From contig OZ038379.1 of the NCBI GenBank assembly GCA_964036045.1, forward strand, positions 21,204,001-21,268,000: a DNA stretch of 64,000 bases, written 5' to 3'. Positions 12,901-24,551 of this stretch are shown here, piece by piece; positions within the stretch are counted from its first letter, which is position 1; every line of letters starts with the position of its first letter. This DNA comes from Eutreptiella sp. 'Long Island Sound 2002'. Taxonomy: Eukaryota; Protista; Euglenida. A program made the translations under genes and the position numbers. The notes under the pieces were generated by a model. That model saw nothing but the letters and a program-made list of their open reading frames with translations. It was not told the DNA's origin and made no database searches.

Positions 12901-14595
12901 CTACCCAATGGACACAAGTGTGTGCAAGAGGGGGGGGGGATTGCTCACTGGAGTGCGAGAGGTCCCCCCTGGCCTCAGAGCTGGCTCTGCCAGGGCAGCC
13001 CCCTGACGGGAGGTGCCCCTATTGTGGGCTGAGGATGGGCTGGCAGGAGGGATACTTGTCCAGCCGGACCAGGTCCCTCTCGCAAGCAGTGTCCCTGACA
13101 CATAAGCGCTTTGGACATTATTAGGCTCATGTTCCCATGAACCCCATCTGCCACCAGCACATGGGATTTGCTGCGACAGGCAAAGAAACAGGCCATCTTT
13201 CCAACTGATGTGAAGCTCCTTCACTGCAAACATGGAGGCCACCCACTTTGCTTCATTTCAAATCGAAACCAGCAAGAGACCACCTTCTGCCGGAGGAAGT
13301 CGCACAAGCCACACAACCCGCACAGCAACGCCACACGTTGCACCAAGACGAGGCAGGGAAGGTGGCACGAGGGTTGGTTTGTGCTTTCAAAGCAACGATT
13401 TTGACCAGTGGTTGGGAGATGAGGAACAAGCCTGCGAAGCGAGTGGCAGGCGGCAGAGTTGCAACAGCGGAGAATAATGTGGAACACGCCATGGGCAGCA
13501 CAGCAGACCCATCGTGATAGTGGGCATAGAAGCCAGTCGTCATTTGGCGTCCAAAACAAAGGGGTACAGGTGTGGTAGAGACCTGTCAAACCCAGGGTAT
13601 GTGCTCCAACCTCCTGCAACCCCCCCCCCCCAATGACCGTCAACAACCGTCAACAGCTCTCAAACGCCCTGTGCAGTTCCCTCTTCTCCTTCGCAATCCT
13701 CATCTGCTTTCACAACCTTCTTGACCCAAAAAGGCAGTTGTCTACACTCGCAACCCCCGCCAATCGCTTTTGTAACCGTCATAGCCCCTCCCGCCGCTTT
13801 GCCGCTCAGCACTAACCGCTTGTATAGCTGAGCCCCTGCCCTGCCCCTTTGCCTCAAGCAACCCCCCCCCCCAATTTTTACAGGAAATGCGGCTGTTGCT
13901 GTTTCATGGGTTGCGCACCGCAATCCGTGTGGTGTGTGTTGTGTCAGCCTCACAATTCTTTTTTGCTCGAACCAGTTTCTTGGTGTTCCGAGGGAATTTA
14001 GCCGTTCCAACGTTGCAGGGCACCATCGCCATCCACACAAAATGCGTAAGTGCACCACGTGGGCTTGGCACTTGGCGTGACCCCGCCACTTTACTGAAGC
14101 ACTCCGTCAGCCGGGGGCTTCCTCGCTGCTCTGCGGGCAGCATCCCACAGGTTGTTTCATTGGCGGTTTGTCATGGGCGTTTTCATGGGTGCACTGTGAC
14201 TCACTGCTGGTGCCACTGTTTTGTCTTTTGCCGCGCATATTACCCCCGTGTTTGTGCACGTGTGCTCAGCACGTCCTCTGGTGTGATGGCTTTGCGATCG
14301 TTGAGCAACGGGTGCTGACATTTCGATTGGGTATCTGAGGGGCATCCCAATATGAGTGTGCTGTTTGCCCTCACCGCCTTGCACGCATACCCCAAACGCA
14401 CCATTATCCCCACAGCCCCCCCTCCCCCCTCCGACCCCCTCGCTGCACACACCGAGCTATCGACTTGACCTTCAACATGGTTCCTGGCTACTGTTGTTGC
14501 TGCCTATGCCTACCCTGCAGCAGGAGAGGGGGCCTGCAGAGGCCTGGTATGCTGGCTGCCCTCTCTTGCTGGTGTGGCTAGCCTCAAGGTGGCCA

Positions 14596-15646
14596 TCATA
14601 GGCTGCCAGACATGTCTGATGAGGCTGTAAGCTCACCTACAGTGTCGGCACAAGCAAAACAAGGAAAGACTGAGCCATAAGACCTTGAACAGAGAAGAGG
14701 CTGAGAACACACAGGGCAGGGATGCCAGACGAGCACGCCAACTGCACAATGATCTGCCCAACAGGCAACACAAATGGTCATGGTGCATGCTTTGCACTGT
14801 TGGCAAACCCCTCGATAAGCACATTCGTTGCACTCTTGCTCTGTCACATTGCGACCAACCAAAAATTTGTCATAAGCAAGGGGACAGGACGGGGTGCACA
14901 GTGCATAAACTGAAGCCATGCAGCCTGTTCAAACCCATGCACAATAGCATCGCTAGACAGCCCAGACAGGGCATGAAGAATATGCTCGTAAACACGTTGA
15001 CGTATAATGGTGCTGCTCTTCTCACCAACCGTTGTAGCCACCTCAGTGGGTGTGGCGCCTGAGGCAACAAGGGATGCAATGTATTCAGTCCATACAGTGT
15101 CCAACTGGTCTTTGAGGTTTGCGATGGGCCCTAAGTCACAAGGTTGCCACATGCAGCATACTTGCAGGAATATCAAAGCAATTAATTTTATTTCCTTGCA
15201 AGGTGGGTGTGATTCTCTCATCTGAAAAATGCGCCCCATGTTTGTCCACACCCAGGTTACTGCATTTGAGACGACAATACAGTGCGGACGATTGCGAGTA
15301 CAGGGGGCCCACCTTTTTCCAAACTTCCATCCACTTCGAGATGGTGTCAGCCTCAATTGGGTGTTGCTTGTCCCCTTTCAAATTCTGGTTAAAGTACTTT
15401 GCTGCTGCTCCAACACCATGCTGTCTGCAATACTCCACTGTCTTCACTTTCTGATGGTCATCATAAGTATTACGTTGCCTACTAGCAGAAGCCACTGACG
15501 TTACAACTGCCGCCACCCACCGGTACAACAAAACACTCCATTACAACAAAGGTTGTGCATGGTCGGACAGGCAAATGTTGATTAATTTTTCCCCGCTTAA
15601 TTTTTCCCGCCCTTAATTTTTCTCCGATTGATTTTTACCTACCCAG
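14596..15646 (-). mobile_element. Internally deleted, frameshifted pogo-like (Tc1/mariner superfamily) DNA transposon
   Basis: N-terminal Brinker/CENP-B-like HTH RNTYDDHQKVKTVEYCRQHGVGAAAKYF..TISKW (15530-15330); DDE_1 C-terminal WQPCDLGPIANLKDQLDTVW...IVHGFEQA (15150-14930); Cys-rich tail after a 1-nt frameshift. One end at 15646 is followed by TA and preceded by three ttaatttttc(c) subterminal motifs. The other end was not found. Confidence 0.8.
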
Positions 15647-17518
15647 TACTGAATTGAAAGTGACTGTATGTGAGCTGATTGCATTATTTCTGTTGTCCCA
15701 ACCACCCCTGTTCAGAGACACTACGTGAGTTGGATGACAGAATGGCAGGGCAGCCAAACATACATGATAGTTGGTGGTGCGGATGAGTGTGCCAACACTG
15801 AATGATCCAAGTCATTGTTGGATAGGAGATGAGGCTGAAACAACTATGACAGAAATGAGCAGTCCCTTTTCAGATTTAAAATAACATTACAGAATATCCA
15901 ACATGACATCATGTTGCATTGTATCTGTCAATCAGAATTTGTGGTGTATGACACCATAAATCTTGTACCTGATCTTCTGTTGACCGGTTTGACAAGTTTA
16001 TCCACAACAGTTGCTTAGGTGAAGGGTTTAGCGAAAGAGGTGCAAGAGCAAGGCACTCAGAATCGTGTGGGAGGGGGTGGGGTTTTACCCTGAAAGTGCA
16101 AAGGTAGCACCCGCTGAGAGATGCATCCTCGGAAACCCACTATCCAATGAGCACAGCATGTGCCTACAAGGTAGCTTGCCCGGCAGTCACCTTGGAAACC
16201 GCACCCCAGCCGATTTCGTGCTTTGACAGCATTTCGATTTTGTCCTTTCGAAAGATGCAGTGTTGTGCTGTGGGCCTAAGTGACAGCATCTGACAATGTG
16301 ATGCTATTAGTTGCTGTATTTGTTGCCACTGAAAACCGAAAACTGGTGCAGGCAGTACTCCACTGAAGCAAAAGACACATATACTTTGAGTGCCATGCAC
16401 CATGTTGTGCTGCTTGCTGGAGCGTACTCTGTCCCAAATGAAGAGGAGTGCCCGTGGCACAAGATGTGTGTGGGATAGCCAAATTACGGCTGGCACACTT
16501 GTTTATGCTCCGTGTTCCCCTGCGCTGCAAAGCCCCAGGAAGAGGTATGGCTTATTTACCCCTATTTTCCCTTGCTCTTTAATTGTTTTTGTTTTCTATG
16601 CGGCAATGTTGGGAGGCAGAAGCCTCAGTTCCTTCGTGTCAATCATACGGTGGCAATTTGTGATGAAATCAAGAAAGTGGTGAAGAAACAGGCTAATTTG
16701 GATCTTGGTGGTGAGGGCGACAAGGATTACACCTTGTGCATGATTTGGTGTGTCGCCATTGGTATGGGTTGAAGGCGGGGAGCATGTACCATTTTGCAGT
16801 GCACAGTCTTTTTTCTTCCCACAGTTTTTTCACAGTTTTTTACCCGTTTGTTTTTTTACTTTTTTACAGTTTTTGACAAGTCTGCAAGACTGGCCGGCCA
16901 CCACAGGACCAGCTACCTAGGATGCGAGTACACTAGTGTGCTTCACTGCTCCACCGAAGTCCGCTTGCCATCCATGCATGCGTGCCACAAGCGTGCTCAT
17001 GGTGATGGTGTTTGCCCTGCGGTGCTTCGTCCCATGCTCTGCCATCCGTGCTGTGTCTCGAGGGACGGTAGCTCATAACACCAACCATACGCTCCCGATG
17101 CCCTGCAAATCGTGCGTGCTCTTTGGTAGATGTTGCGTCGCGCTCCGTGTATTGCTACAAGACACACTACACCATGCTTGCAAGTGCACCATGCTAGTAC
17201 TGTCATGACAATGTGCAGCCTTAAGCCCCCTTTGCGAGGTCTTTATTGCAGCCATTCAATCCTCAGGACACTTGCGGATAAGGACTGGCATGTGGGATTG
17301 TGGGCGGGCATAAGATGGGCTTGGCGGCGTCACAATGGTATGATACTGTATCAGCACAGTTCGGTACACGATAGGCAAGGAGTAGGCAACCCACCCATGC
17401 GGTCAAAGGCAATAGGACTTTGGATCCAACCCATGGAACATTTATGGCACCCCAAACCTGTGCCCATACCCCACTCACTGTGTGCACTCCGTGCGTCCCC
17501 AATTCCCATGTTGCAGAT

Positions 17519-20500
17519 ATGCCGCTGGCGAACCCGCGGCTGTTCCCATGCCTTGGAGACCTCGTTGTGCTCCTCCTCATGACTGTGTGGCCCATCTACA
17601 GTGAGCGGTGTTCCATGAACCCGGGTACACGACTCATGTGGTCCTTCGCATCATATGGACCAGGTGGGGGGCATGACCCGCGGCTCCTGAACACACTGCG
17701 GGGGCTCGGCGTCGCCGGTCAGCATGGCCTCGTTGTGGACGTGATGTTACACCTCACCGATGCCCTCAAAGCCCCCTTGCACATTCCTGGGCTGCGGGAG
17801 GTTCTGACCACCGTCCATCCTGCCAGCATTGGCGAGAAACTAGTGGAGCAGTGGCGCAGCCCCTACCTAAAGGCCCTGGCACAGAACCAGTATGCATGCT
17901 GCGTTCGACTCTCGCACATTGTCCACTGACGCTGGTGGCCTGGTAATGACCTCAGCACGACCAAAAACAGCTTCAGAAACCCCCAACCGTTCGACATGAA
18001 AGAATTGTTTGAATCAACATGTGAATGTTGTGAATGCTACTGACTGCAACGTGTTTCAGCGGCATTCGTTTTCAGGCGGACGACCATTCAACATCCTTCC
18101 AGGTGAGAGAAAGACAAAGAGAGGCGACACTCAGGACGCTCGAGATGTGCAATGGGTCATTTTTTTCTTCACAGAGGAGCGTGATGAGCGTGTCTGATCT
18201 TCAGGGGAACATTCGTCTCCGAAGGACCAAATTTTTGCTGCTGTTGTACACGGTTCATGGTATCAATAAGCATCAATGGCCCTTCCTTGGCACCGATCCT
18301 CCGGTTGGAGGGGGGGGGAGCTCTAGAAATCGCTCCACCTCTCATGTTCTGGTGTTTTGCCCATGCTGGAATGCGGTACTGTGCATGCAACGGTTTGGTC
18401 CCCATCCGCCCCCCCCCCATCCCTCCATGCACCCCTCCATCCATCCCTTCATACACCCCCCCCCCCTCCCGGCTTGGCCTTGTCCTTTCCCTGGGACGGG
18501 GGGGTTTTGGCACAAGGCCTCGGTATCTGATTGTTTGCCTTTGGCGGCGCCTATTGGCCTCTCACCACTCCTCATTCTGACCCTCTGTGGCCCGAACGTG
18601 TGACCAGGTGCATCCAGATGCACACTCCGAGTCCATGCCGGGTTTGCGGACTGCAGCACTGACTTGTGCGCGCCGGTGTGTGCATCTGCAGGATCATTTT
18701 CCTGACAGGGGCTTCTAACAACCACAATGATTCTTTCAGTTTTGTCCTTTCCTTCCCCTCCTTCTGCGCTCTGCACTGTTTTGGGCGAGCGCGGTCTGCC
18801 CGAGGGGGGGGGGGTAGCCGCCACCTGTGGGGTTTTTCCGTGAAAACGGGTTGGGATAAGGACTGATGCAAGTGTGTGGTGGTACCGCTTCTATGACCCA
18901 TGCTTCCCACTTTGTGCGCAATATTGAGGAGCAGAAGTGCTTGCATAAAGGGTTGGGTGCACCAGCCAAGCCTGCAGCCCAGCATGCTGCTGAGCCTGTG
19001 CCTACGCTTGCCGGGCCTGCCGCCAACCCTCCCGCCAATTCTCCTCCCGGGCCCCACGCCAGCCGTGCATTGCTCATCCCGGTGGCAGAGTTTGAGTGGG
19101 TGCAGCAATGCAAATTGAAGTGGTCCAGGCACAGGAGCATCTTTCTACACTGGGCTCTCAGTAGATGCCTATGTACAACCGGCCCCCTCATTGTGTCACG
19201 TAGTGTCTTGTCTGTTGATCACAACACAATAATGATAAATAAATCATGGTAGCAATACACATTAACTTTTCTTTGGCATTTCAAGCTCCAAAATGAGGCA
19301 AACGGCCTCGGTAGGTGTATAAACCTGCCACACAGCATTCTTTGCACGCTTCTTGTAGTGCTTTTGGGTTGACATGCGTTCGTTGGGGCGCTCCAATAGT
19401 GCAATGCCCGGCGCCCTTAACGTAAATACAGAAACCAAATCATCCATTAGATGCTCACTGCTAAAACCAACCTAGGTAGCTTTAATAAACTCGGAAAAAG
19501 TATTTCTTTGACAAATCATGCTAAATCTGGCCAGCAGACACTAAATTTATGGTGAAATTCCAAATGCGGTGGTGACGGCAACAGCCGCGGCGCCATTGGC
19601 GGCGTGGTTGCACAGCGGTTGCGATTGCACCTGCGACGTATCCGGAGCGGCACGCCCCGTCTTCATTTCGGACGGCCCTGGGCAGTCACTGTGCAGCCGC
19701 TGGGCCTCCCGTTCAAGGCGAGCACCGCACCCTCCGCCCCGTCCACACGCAAACGCTCATGCCTCCGCGGCCCTGCGCTCGTGCAGGTACGATCTGTACG
19801 GCCTCAGCGATCACGACATGGCCATCACCTACCGGACGCTGCAGGCGCTGTGCCGCGAGTTCAACCGCCTCGAGGGCACCCGCTACTTCCCGGGGGTCCT
19901 GCGGTACGAGACGCTGACCAACCGGTCCAACGCGCCGCGGTTTCTACCGGACAACTCCCTGTGCTGCAACCCGCAGATTGCGTCCGTGATCGAGACGGGG
20001 GGCCGGCGCTACATTGTGCCGTTCAACCCGTTCCAGGCCTTATTCTTTATGCCCGCCGCCGACCTCCGCCGCACGATGCAGGAGAACCGCATCCGCCTGC
20101 CGCGCGACAGGCCCAAAGAGCGCGTGGACCCGCGGGCGTACTGGGCCACGTACTGGCTGCACAACAACATAAGGGTCAAGGTACCGGCCCTCTGCCTCCC
20201 CCCTCAGTCCCCTACGACCCCCCCCCCTCCCTCCCTCAATTCCACTTACCTGTACGTCCATTGTTCGGTCCCTTCTGCCTCCAGCCTTCCGCCCCCTTGC
20301 CTCATCCCTCCTTGGTGCCCAACAAGCCTTACCCCCCCCCCCTCCATAGAGCAATAGCACTGTTGAATACGCTGAATGACCAGATGAGTGCTGGCACAAG
20401 CCGCCGGACCAGAGCGCAGGCAGTTACCCCCCCCCCCCCTGTATAAGCTACGCCCTTGTCCAAGCTACAGTAGGCGTAGGGACCGTAATAATTGTGTACG

Positions 20501-23500
20501 TAATTTAATTACGTACGAAATGTAGTGTGGCCACATAAGACATGGGTTTGTCGTCACATTTGCCAATTTCAGCATGTGGCCCCCTGCTGGTGCACCAAGA
20601 ATTTTTTTTCAGTCTGCTGCATCCCATAGGTCCTGAATTGCCAATTTCAGCACATGTGGCCTGGGCACGTGTGTGTCGGCAGTTGTCTGTGTTGCGCGCA
20701 AGCTACGCTCTTGTCCAAGCTACAGTAGGCGTAGGGACCGTAATAATTGTGTACCTTGGCGTAGCTTATACAAGGGGGGGGGTAGTAGCATTTGGACACC
20801 GCGAGCGTTTGCCTTCGCAACTGCCGCTTCACACATGCCATGGTCTACCACTGCCGTGGTCTACTGTCCTGATGCAGTGGAGCTGTTGTTCACATGCCCC
20901 AGGACAATCGGAGGCCTGGTGGCCGGCTAGGTCAGCCAGGGCGGGGTGGCGGGGGGTTGGACCGCTCCCCTGACTACTCTGCAGTCGCCACGCAAAGTTG
21001 CGGTTGAGAAGCGCCTATAAAAGTGATTTGTGGCGGTGGCCAACGGGATGGGGGCAGGCTTCAGCGGCAGTGAAGGCGACTGAAGGGCAGTTGTTCTCTT
21101 TGCAATGGAACACAAGTGTCTACTGGGGGCTATTCAGTCCATCAGCACCGTGTACCGATTGGGCCCCCCTTCTTAGTTTGGGGGGCGTGATCTGTGATGT
21201 GCAAAATGGGCAATACCTCCGGTGCAGACATCAGCTGTACCATGAACACAGCTAACCCTTGAAACGCGGATATGCAATAGACTCACACAGAGGCTATATA
21301 CATGATATTGGTGCTAGAGTCTCCCGCCAATTCTTGCTGTGGTGCAGAAGAATTGGCGCCAAATTGTTTGTGGGTGAATTGTGATCCGGAGTACGTTCAG
21401 CTAGAATGGTGGAAGTTGGTTGGAGGGCTTCTTGCCTGCGTATTGCCGTCTTGAGGTCTACTGTAGTACGCGCTTGAGCGTTTGAGGATTGGCACCAAAT
21501 TTTGCAACCGCCAAAATTTAGCCATTCCAAAATTCGGACACACCAACAAGCCGGTAACAAATGGGGGGGGGGTGAGCAATTTACGCTGTAAATTATGTAA
21601 ATTTTTGTAAATTCCGCGAAAAGTGGCGTAAATTCCCGTAAATTTTTGGAATTTCAATGTAAATTAGGGGTTTTATAGGGTTTGCTTGCTATTGCCGGCA
21701 CTTGCAAATATTTGTGAGCTAGATTTGTGTCCATTTTGGAATGTAAACTGTGTAAATGCTCCTTCCCCGTGGCAGAGTCTGCAGGGGCTATGTAGCCAAT
21801 TCGCCGAATCCGGCAAGACGAGTGAACATCCCTGCCTCGAGCTTTTCCCCGGCCCGAGAAGGAGGCATGTAGGGGCTTTCTTTCTTTCTTTGCTCTCACG
21901 TGCTTTTGCGTGCCATTCCGTGTACTTACAAATATTTGTGAACAAGATTTCTGTCCATTGTCGTATGCAAATTTTGTTGATGTCCGTTTCCTATGCCGGA
22001 GAAGACTAGGCCGAATGCGGCAAGAGGAGTGAAGATCTCCGCCTCGAGCTTTACCCCGGCTCAAGAACGAAGCATTCAGGGGCTTGAAGATCCCTGCCTC
22101 GAGCTTTGCCCCGGCTCGAGTAGGAGGCATTCAGGGGCTTTCTTTCTTTCCTTGCTTTCTTTATGTTCACCCACTTCTATTCCCCTTCCCTGTGCTAGCT
22201 TTGTCATGTAATGTGGGTGCGGAAGCAAGGCGGAGATGCCGTGTGGCAAGAATTTGCTACTCCGGCAGCCGCGCTCCGCTACACGAAGTCCGAAGGTGCC
22301 CCCTCAAATTTGCAGCAAGTGAAGATTGAGCGTGCGGCTAAGAATTCGAAAGCGCGCAATGGTTTCGAGTTCTCATTTGAAGCCCCCACCGGAGGCGTAG
22401 CTGCCAAACGACCACCCAAGCCCGCGCGAACCACGGCCCACACCCCATCGGTCGCCTCGTACGTTGAAGTGCTGAGCTCATCGTGCTGTGCAAGTTGCCG
22501 CGGCCGGTTATGCGGGGTGACGGCTACATGCTCCCAGTGTCAGCAGGGGATGCATGAGCAATGCTTCGTTGTCGTGGGTCAAACGACCGACGGGTGCAGG
22601 TGGATGAGGAGGGCGACCCGGGAGATAATCGATGGTGTTTCGCATGTACATGTCGGGGGTGTGCCAATCCTCTAGGGGACACTGACACTCAACACTACAT
22701 GCGATGTAAATGCTATGTGCATGTCACATGCATTAATGATGGTGCTTGTCTCTCCTGTGCTCGCCCCGCACCTGAGCAGGTCGCCGAACCCCGTAGAGAG
22801 GTTCGTGCATTCCACACTTTGTGGCAGTCTGGCCGCCCTTGGCTTAAGTACGAAGATGGAATGATGCATTGTGCGGCAACTATATCATCTGCGGCCTGGA
22901 AGCCCACCTGCCGAGCTGGCTGAAGAAGCGTGCTGGTTTATTGGCCGCACACCCAGCCAATCGCAGCCCCCAGTCCCCCAAAGCCGTGCTGGCACCGCCG
23001 AGGACCCCATCTTGGTGAAGGAGGAGGAGGAGGAGGAGGAGGAGGAGGAGGAGGAGGAGGAGGAGGAGGAGGGGGACGAGAGGGAGCGCAGGGATGGCTG
23101 CATGGGCAGCAGCACGATAGTTGGAAGGTGAGGGAGATGGAGGGCAGTGAGTGCCCCCCCTAAGCACTTGTGCATGTGCATGGGCATGAGCATGGGCATG
23201 TTGTGTGGGGGCATGTATACATGGATGAACTGAAATATAAACTAATCTTAACCCAATGTGTGTACCTTGATCTTTCCACCCTCATCTCTAACCCACACAC
23301 TCGAAACCAACAACATACAACCAAAAGTAACGTATGTACCCCACCCCAACCCCCCCATAGTTGTATGGCGCTAAAAGAGGGGCCGTGCGGGTATAAAAAG
23401 AAATGTTTTTAGGTATGAAGAGTTACCGAGGCCCCTAGAAAAGATTTCAAAAAAAACCCCGCACAAGGTCCAAAAAAAAAATCTTTACGGACCGAATGGT

Positions 23501-24551
23501 TGACGCAATGGGGCAGTTCGGCAAAAAAAATTTCGCAAGGCCCCCAAAAACGAAAAAAAAGAGGCCGAACAAAAAGGAGTAAAAGAAAAAGTGAAGAAGA
23601 CTCTAGTGTCAACCAAACGCCAAGTATCCATGCTCCTTTCCTAACCCTCACCCAACAACCTTTCGGCCTGTCCCTTGTTTGGAATGCACCAAAAAATCAG
23701 TTGCCCAATTGGTAGTGTTTTTGAGGGACGGGACACGTTTGTGACCCAAGCCCGGGTCCATGGTGCAATCCCCAACCCCATACCCCCCCCCCCCCACCCC
23801 CGGCAGTCCATGGGCAAACCCACCAAAAAAAAACCCTCGCTGTCGGTATATATAAGTATGTATCCACGCACATTCTTTTCTAATCCAAACACCAAACCAA
23901 TCATTTAAGACAAGGCCGAAGCAACCAACCTTCAAAACATTGAGTTCCTCTGTTTTGAGTTTTTGAGGTTGGTTGAGCTGTTGAGTGACACCGTCCGTTC
24001 TACTAATTTACACCATTTCTTGGGAATCTACGCCACTTTTCTTGGGAATTTACGCCCGTTTGGGGAAAAAATTACACCCATTTACACAACCTGGGGGCCG
24101 GGGGCCGAAACACCTGTAAACCCCCGTAAATTACCGGCTTGCACACCAAACAATCCCCTGCCCCCCGAGACCTCCCTCCTTCACTCCTTCGCTGCTGAAA
24201 CCGGTCTCTGGTTGTGCATCATCGCGGCCAACAAGTCCGTCCAGCCATCACAATTGTGCTCTGAAGGTCGTGCCGCTCGATGATTGGGAGTCGTATTTGG
24301 TGGAGCATCAGGGCGGTCGCTATTCCCATGATGTGCGCCGCCTTCTGGTGGACAGGGGGATCAACATCACCGATGTGCAAGCGATTGTGCAGTACCTGGG
24401 CTCTTCGCCCGGGCACTGGGGAGATGTGCGGGTGCTGCCCACTATTGAGGACTACGTTGCGGGGGCGGCAGCGGGACGTCGCAGCCTTGGGGCATTGGAT
24501 CCCGCGGCCTATGGACGCTACCTCAGCGAGGGCCCCGAGAAGTACAAATGA
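17519..24551 (+). CDS. Putative type II membrane glycosyltransferase (GT-A-like, uncharacterised); exons 17519-17889, 19787-20180, 24267-24551; 349 aa
   Basis: Donors ca|gtatgc and aag|gtaccg and acceptors ctcgtgcag|g and ctctgaag|g give phases 2 and 0 and 1050 nt in total. N-terminal anchor LVVLLLMTVWPIY; WSFASYG..VVDVMLH; DxD-like YDLYGLSDHD; PGVLRYE; spliced junction reads NIRVK|VVPLDDWESYLVEH. Exon 2 has strong GC3 bias. Family assignment is from memory of motif spacing. Confidence 0.7.
20427..20782. mobile_element. MITE (356 bp) with poly-C/G-initiated TIRs and TA target duplication
   Basis: TA|C13TGTATAAGCTACGCC at the left end and GGCGTAGCTTATACAAG9|TA at the right; TA at 20425-26 and 20783-84; internal ~50-bp direct repeat (gctacg..ttgtccaagctacagtaggcgtagggaccgtaataattgtgtac at ~20447 and ~20702); hairpin gtacgtaat-tta-attacgtac. 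Confidence 0.85.
21780..22160 (+). repeat. Internal direct repeats of the hAT-like element (~3 partial copies)
   Basis: gccgaat..ggcaaga.gagtgaa.atc..gcctcgagcttt.ccccggc.cgag.aggaggcat..aggggctttctttcttt recurs at ~21800, ~22010 and ~22090. Confidence 0.75.
22211..22880 (+). pseudogene. Frameshifted ORF: NUMOD1-like HTH + two PHD-like fingers + TTF-type Zn-finger start
   Basis: WQEFATPAAALRY..IERAAKNSKARNGFEFSFE (NUMOD1-like); CASC..CSQC..HEQC..WCFAC and CRGC..CKCYVHVTC..CLSC (C4HC3 spacing); one frameshift near 22595. Confidence 0.65.
23021..23071 (+). repeat. (GAG)17 microsatellite
   Basis: Direct inspection. Confidence 0.95.

Larger units (their letters stand above)
21547..24160 (+). 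mobile_element. Degenerate hAT-like DNA transposon in intron 2 of the glycosyltransferase gene
   Basis: Inverted subterminal blocks caagccggtaa/ttaccggcttg and aaaagtggcgtaaattccc/gggaat(t/c)tacgccactttt; right end reads CAGGGG on the minus strand; internal coding relic ends in the TTF-type Zn-finger start RAFHTLWQSGRPWLKYEDGMMHC. Left terminus and TSD not found. Confidence 0.6.

Noticed and set aside
16616-16761. Exon candidate in phase with the 17517 acceptor
   Set aside because: It would place ~50 aa before the signal anchor; ATG 17519 gives a typical type II topology. It remains possible and needs cDNA.
17845-17930. A/B-box-like motifs (tggcgcag...gttcgactc)
   Set aside because: Poor stems, and it overlaps a supported coding exon and its donor site.
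19604-20446. 280-aa ORF overlapping glycosyltransferase exon 2
   Set aside because: Alternative frame; GC3 bias and motifs support the 19569 frame.
942-24551. Non-conventional euglenid introns
   Set aside because: All ten reconstructed introns are explained by GT-AG; no non-canonical junction was required.
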